Shown here: positions 59,343 through 64,000 of the stretch, one piece after another
Position numbering within the stretch: the stretch's first letter is position 1
Layout: each line of letters begins with the position of its first letter
From: an uncultured Gemmatimonadales bacterium
Lineage (GTDB): Bacteria; Gemmatimonadota; Gemmatimonadetes; Palauibacterales; Palauibacteraceae
Length of the DNA stretch: 64,000 bases
Reading direction: 5' to 3'
Assembly (NCBI GenBank): GCA_963783385.1
Contig: CAWANJ010000003.1
Span: 128,001-192,000 of the forward strand
Made by a program: the position numbers and the translations under genes
The notes under the pieces: generated by a model
What the model was told of the DNA's origin: nothing
Seen by the model: the letters and a program-made list of their open reading frames with translations, nothing else
The model's database searches: none

Positions 59343-60512
59343 CTAGGGCCAGACGTTCCCCGAGATCTCCTGCTGCCACTTGCTCTCGATCAGCGTGACC
59401 ACGTTGTCCGGAATCGGCACGTAGTCCAGCTTCTTGGCAGCATCCTGACCGTTGCGGTACGACCAGTCGAAGAACTTGAGGACTTCCTTGATCTCGTCCG
59501 GTTTGGCCGGGTGCCTCTGCAGGAGGACGAACGTGGCACCGGTGATCGGCCACGTGTCGTCGCCCGTCTGATCCGTGACGACCATATAGAAGCCCGGGGC
59601 GTTCTGCCAGTCGGCGTTTCCGGCCGCGGCCATGAAGGTCGAGATCGCGGGAGACACGAACTTGCCGGCCTTGTTCTGGAGCTGCGTGTAGGTCATGCGG
59701 TTCTGGCTCGCGTAGGCGTACTCGACGTAGCCGATCGCACCGTCGATGCGCTGGACGTAGCCGGACACGCCCTCGTTGCCCTTGCCGCCCACGCCGGTCG
59801 GCCACTGGACGGCCTTGTCGTTGCCCACCTTCTGCTTCCACTCCGGCGACACCTTGGACAGGTAGTTCGTGAAGATCCACGTCGTGCCCGAGCCGTCCGA
59901 ACAATGGACCACGGTGATGCCCTTGCCGGGTAGCGTCACGCCCGGGTTGATCTTCTCGATGGCCGGGTCGTTCCACCTGGTGATCTTCCCCAGGTAGATG
60001 TCGGCCAGGACGCCCGGTGTGAGCTTGAGCTGGCCCGGCTCGACGCCCGACACGTGCACGGCCAGGACGACGCCACCCACGATGGCCGGGAACTGCATCA
60101 GGCCCGCTTGATCGAGCTCGCTCTTGGTGAGGGGCGCATCGGAGGCGCCGAAGTCGACCGTCTTGGCCTTGATCTGGGCGATTCCGCCGCCCGACCCGAT
60201 CGACTGGTAGTTGATCTGAACGCCCTTGAGCTTGGAGTACTGGCTGGCCCACTGCGCCAGCACCGGGTAGATGAAGGTGGAGCCGGCGCCGGTGAGCGCC
60301 TGCCCGGCCGGACTGGCCGTCGGGTCCGCGGCGGCGCCCCTGGTGGTCGTCGTCTCGGTCCCCTTCGCGCTCGTCGAGCCGCCCCCCTTGGCCATGGCGG
60401 AGCCCGCATCGCCACCGCACGATGCGGCGAACACGGCGGCCGCCACGACGAGCGTCAGGCCGGCCCAGCGACTGTGTGATGAGTCTGCTCTGTGAAACGC
60501 GTGTCTGCCCAT
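59343..60512 (-). CDS. pstS: Phosphate-binding lipoprotein
   Basis: FAASC lipobox; GAGSTF, YQSIGSGGG, DFGASD, SDGSGT, GKGNEG, IGYVE; GGAGG RBS. Confidence 0.95.
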   Translation of the reverse strand: MGRHAFHRADSSHSRWAGLTLVVAAAVFAASCGGDAGSAMAKGGGSTSAKGTETTTTRGAAADPTASPAGQALTGAGSTFIYPVLAQWASQYSKLKGVQINYQSIGSGGGIAQIKAKTVDFGASDAPLTKSELDQAGLMQFPAIVGGVVLAVHVSGVEPGQLKLTPGVLADIYLGKITRWNDPAIEKINPGVTLPGKGITVVHCSDGSGTTWIFTNYLSKVSPEWKQKVGNDKAVQWPTGVGGKGNEGVSGYVQRIDGAIGYVEYAYASQNRMTYTQLQNKAGKFVSPAISTFMAAAGNADWQNAPGFYMVVTDQTGDDTWPITGATFVLLQRHPAKPDEIKEVLKFFDWSYRNGQDAAKKLDYVPIPDNVVTLIESKWQQEISGNVWP

Positions 60513-60600
60513 ATCGAGTCCATCCTCCGGGGTTCTGGCCACAGTTCGCGGGTGTACCGCACCCAACCGCCAGGGAAGGTGGCCCGACTGCAATGCAGGG

Positions 60601-60633
60601 CCGTCACACGCCTGTAACGATCCTGTCACACCG
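60601..60633. promoter_or_regulatory. Pho box-like triple repeat upstream of pstS
   Basis: CCGTCAC-ACGC-CTGTAAC-GATC-CTGTCAC, 11-bp period, resembles the E. coli CTGTCAT consensus. Confidence 0.75.
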
Positions 60634-62234
60634 CCGGAGGCTCTCCGGGAAGCGTGAACCACACGGTCGTGCCCTCGCCCGGCGCGCCCTCGATCCCCAC
60701 GCTCCCCTCGTGGGCGGCGACCAGGTGACGGACGATCGAGAGCCCGAGCCCCGTGCCGCCCTCGGCACGGCTCCGGCCGGGATCCACGCGCCAGAAGCGC
60801 TCGAACACGCGCTCCCGTTGTGCCACGGGAATGCCGGGTCCCCGGTCCGAGACGGCGATGCGCACCCGATCCTCGGCCGGATGCGACGTGACGAGGATCG
60901 CCGAGCCGGCGGGTGCGTAGCGGCGGGCGTTGTCGAGCAGGTTCCTGAAGATCTGGTCGAGGGCCGAGTGGTCCGCACGCGCGTCGGGAGCCGGAGCTGT
61001 GTCCAGATCCAGCGCCACCGCGCGCTCTCCCGTTCCGCCCAGCTCCTCCCAGGCCTGTCGGGCGGCGGTCTCGATGGAGACCGATTCGAGCCGCGGTTGC
61101 CACGAGCCGGACTCGATGCGCGACAGGTCGAGGAGGTCGTCCACCAGCCTCCGCATGCGGATGGCGTTGTGCCGGACCTTGCGCACGAACTCCGTGCGCT
61201 GGTCGGGGGCCAGCCCCTCGTCCTGGAGCGTCTCGGCGAACCCGAGGATGCTGGTGAGCGGCGTCTTGAGCTCGTGGGAGGCGTTGGCCACGAAGTCGCG
61301 CCGCACGCCCTCCAGTCGCCGTAGCCGGGTGAGATCCCGCACGACGAGGAGGATTCGAGTCTCGTGCGGCCTCACCGACACCAGGTAGGTGCGCCCCCCC
61401 GATTCGGTCTCCGTCTCGGCTTCGCGCCCCTCCACGCCCCGATCCAGCGCGTCGAGCACCGCCGGATCCCGGAACAGGCTGCGCGCCGGGCGGCCGATCG
61501 CCGCCTGGGGCGCGGCCATGTCGGCCAGGGCGCGGTTGGCCCGGACGACAATGCCCCGTCGGTCGAGGACCGCGACCGCGTCGTCCATCTGGTCGAACAC
61601 CCAGACCAGCTCCTCCTCTTGCCTGGCCTTCTCTCCCGTGGCGTCGGCGGCGTGCACGTGCGCCCTTCCGGCGGGCGCGCGCGCGGCCAGAAAGCGCCGG
61701 GAGGGTTCGACCAGGAAGGCCAACAGGATCAGGTAGGCGATGGCCACGGCCAGGAGTGCGCGGCGCATGTGCACCGCCGGCTCCAGGACCTCGGACAGGG
61801 GCGTGGCGATCCGGATGACCCCTTCCGGCGCCGGGATGGCCACGGAGAAGAGGGTGAAGCCGAGCGCCGAGCTGAGGCCCGTGGTGGTTCCGGTCTCGCC
61901 CCGCAGCGCCGCCCGCACCTCGGGCCGGTCGGCCTCGGACGGGATCGAATCCAGCCGCGACGCGGGCAGGTACGAGTCGCCCACCACCCGCCCGCGGGCG
62001 TCGAGCAAGGTGACGCGATCCACGGCCGCCCGGCCGAGCTCGTCCGCCAGCGAATCGCTGAACGTCCGTCCGGCGGCTGCGGCCCGGGCCAGACTCGCCT
62101 TCTGCTCCAGCTGCGCCCGGGCGTCCTGCTCCAGGAGCTCCGGGAGCTTGGTGGCCGCGTACCAGTAGGCGAGGCCCAGGGTCACCAGGCCGGCGGCCAG
62201 CAGAGCGACGAGGAATCCGGAACCGGGAGGTCAC
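60626..62234 (-). CDS. phoR: Sensor histidine kinase PhoR, probable 1-nt frameshift near 62216
   Basis: RRDFVANASHELKTPLTSI, NLLDNA, DRGPGI, GGTGLGLSIV, PAS domain; GTG 62234 overlaps the phoB stop but is one base out of frame. Confidence 0.88.
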
Positions 62235-62935
62235 CGGTCCTCAGACACCTCGGCTCGGAACCGGTAGCCCACGCCCCGGACCGTCTCGATGAGGTCGCCC
62301 GCGGGCCCCATCTTGGATCGGAGCCGCGCCACGTGCATGTCCACGGTCCGCGTCTCGATGGCCGCGTTGGTGTCCCACACGGCCTGGAGGAGCTGGCGCC
62401 GGGACTGTACCCGCCCGCGCCGCTCCATGAGGACCTCGAGGAGCCGGAACTCGAGCGGAGTGAGGTCCATCTCGCGCTCTCCGACGAACGCGCGATGCGC
62501 GTCCCGGTCGACGGTGACGCCCCCCAGGCTGAGCCGCCGGTGCGTGTCCACGGGCTCTGCCTGCGTCCTCCGAAGCAGGGCTCGCACGCGCAGGACCAGC
62601 TCCTTGGGGCTGAAGGGCTTGGTGACGTAGTCGTCTGCGCCGCGCTCGAAACCGTGGATCCGGTCCTCCTCTTCCTGCCGCGCCGTGAGCAGGAGGACCG
62701 GAATCTCGCTCGTGCGCTCGTCCTCGCGCAGTGTCCTGAGGACCTCGTACCCGTCCACGCCGGGGAGCATGAGGTCGAGCACGATCAGATCCGGACGGTC
62801 GGCCAGGGCGGTGGACACGGCGCCGCGGCCATCCACGGCCGTGCTGATCCGGTAACCTTCCCGGCTCAACTGGTAGACCAGGAGGCTGAGGATGTCGGGC
62901 TCGTCGTCGACGACCAGGATCCGCTCGCCGGGCAT
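62231..62935 (-). CDS. phoB: Phosphate regulon response regulator PhoB
   Basis: VVDDE, LDLMLP, GADDYVTKPFS, RTVDMHVARLR, TVRGVGY; upstream of phoR-pst. Confidence 0.9.
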   Translation of the reverse strand: MPGERILVVDDEPDILSLLVYQLSREGYRISTAVDGRGAVSTALADRPDLIVLDLMLPGVDGYEVLRTLREDERTSEIPVLLLTARQEEEDRIHGFERGADDYVTKPFSPKELVLRVRALLRRTQAEPVDTHRRLSLGGVTVDRDAHRAFVGEREMDLTPLEFRLLEVLMERRGRVQSRRQLLQAVWDTNAAIETRTVDMHVARLRSKMGPAGDLIETVRGVGYRFRAEVSEDR

Positions 62936-63067
62936 GGGGTCCGGGGGCTCGGGGGCACCGGGGGGGCGGCCGTGGCCCGGCACGAGGCCGGGTGGCCGGC
63001 GACGCACACAAGATAGAGGGGGGGCGGCCCGCGCAACGACGCGGCCGGCGCCCGCGGCGCTACCGAG

Positions 63068-63373
63068 TCAGTCCCGGACCGAGACCAGGAACTGGCGGAT
63101 CATGGACTCGGGCATCGCCTCCGCCCGGCGCACCACCTCGGCTTCGGTATCCTCCACGATGATCGGGGCCGTCACGAGGTGCTTCCCGCCGCGCTGGAAG
63201 GCAATGCGACCGCGGGCCAGGTCGGTGGCCACCGTCTCCGAGAGGAGATGAACCTCCCACTCCTCGTCGCCCAGGACGAGATGACCGAGGCTATGACGCC
63301 GTGTGTCGCTATCCCAGATCTGGAGCTGCGGGCCCTCCGCCTCGGTCCCTCGCTCGTCGCCGTCCCGGGTCAC
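63068..63373 (-). CDS. Hypothetical protein
   Basis: GTGA overlap with upstream stop; globular-looking sequence, GC-rich third codon positions. Confidence 0.7.
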   Translation of the reverse strand: MTRDGDERGTEAEGPQLQIWDSDTRRHSLGHLVLGDEEWEVHLLSETVATDLARGRIAFQRGGKHLVTAPIIVEDTEAEVVRRAEAMPESMIRQFLVSVRD

Positions 63374-63750
63374 GGGCGTTCCGGGTCGGGCCCGCCGGAG
63401 GGGTTCTCGGCCGACTCCTCCCAGAAGCCCAGCAGATAGGGGTCGTAGCGCTCCGGATGGTCTCGATAGTCGGCCGCCCACTCCTCGAGGTCGGGGAGCG
63501 GCACACTCGCGGTCAGCTTGTCCGTCACGAGCTTCACCATCCTGCGGAAGCCGAGGTCGGCGGGGTTGAGGTCCGCCTCGGCAGCGGCCTCCTCGACGAG
63601 GCCGTAGATCCGCTCGGCGTTCAGGGAGAGAAAGACCTCGGCGAGACGGGCCGAGCAGTAGTCCAGATACTTGGCCTCGAGAACGGCGTCGACGGTCACA
63701 CCGCTCCCGGATGGCTTGCCCCGCTGCTCGGCCGCCGACTGATCATCCAC
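63370..63750 (-). CDS. Hypothetical protein
   Basis: KYLDYCSARL...YRDHPERYDPYLLGFW; natural amino-acid composition. Confidence 0.75.
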   Translation of the reverse strand: MDDQSAAEQRGKPSGSGVTVDAVLEAKYLDYCSARLAEVFLSLNAERIYGLVEEAAAEADLNPADLGFRRMVKLVTDKLTASVPLPDLEEWAADYRDHPERYDPYLLGFWEESAENPSGGPDPERP

Positions 63751-63858
63751 GCCTACCGTCCCGTCTGGCCGGGTGAGCCCGGTCCTCCGGACTGGTCTCG
63801 CAGCTATGTAGCGTCGCAGAAGGGGCCAGTCAAGCGCCCCGGGCGGGCGAGGGTGGTC

Positions 63859-63999
63859 TCAGGCGAGCTCCCGCAGGCCGCCATTCCGTTCCTCGAGCGA
63901 CCGGCTGAGGACCTGAAACATGGCCCGACGCGTGAGACCGTATCGGATGACCTTGTTCAGGAAGTCGGGGTCGCGTCTCTGGATCTCTTCGACATCATC
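63859..63999 (-). CDS. Hypothetical protein, C-terminal fragment (5' end outside window)
   Basis: DDVEEIQRRDPDFLNKVIRYGLTRRAMFQVLSRSLEERNGGLRELA*. Confidence 0.65.
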   Translation of the reverse strand, partial: DDVEEIQRRDPDFLNKVIRYGLTRRAMFQVLSRSLEERNGGLRELA

Positions 64000-64000
64000 G

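Noticed and set aside
59343-62234. 963-aa ORF suggesting a giant PstS fusion
   Set aside because: The N-terminal 574 aa are an Arg/Pro/Gly-rich alternative frame of phoR; pstS has its own RBS, signal peptide and Pho box

Overview
High-GC (roughly 70% by eye) bacterial chromosome segment. The gene content suggests Gemmatimonadota (inference). Core blocks: ppx-ppk1 polyphosphate genes, a fused 2-oxoacid dehydrogenase E1, lipA-pdhABC-lpdA-lipB-sdaAB-sdaAA, glutamine-dependent nadE, ferritin, phoB-phoR-pstSCAB-phoU with a phosphate porin, tRNA-Ala(TGC) and tRNA-Glu(CTC). Accessory blocks hold the most interesting material. (i) A metallo-redox neighbourhood at 22.6-33.5 kb: an atypical MauG/MbnH-like diheme enzyme beside a WxW/His/Met lipoprotein, a divergent ECF sigma-Ser/Thr kinase pair, an octaheme HAO-family cytochrome coupled to an internally duplicated His-containing membrane protein, and a secreted copper-monooxygenase-like protein coupled to an EamA exporter. 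(ii) An ATP-grasp ligase fused to a SET methyltransferase. (iii) A SARP activator with a textbook 11-bp-period repeat array in front of an unannotated 50-aa metal-binding gene. (iv) Tandem GGDEF-EAL paralogs. (v) An XRE/ABM islet at the tRNA-Ala 3' end. Four genes carry apparent 1-nt insertions, three repairable to a GATC site, probably methylation-linked sequencing errors. I saw no CRISPR array, rRNA, transposase or integrase. All family calls come from motif recognition by eye, not database searches.
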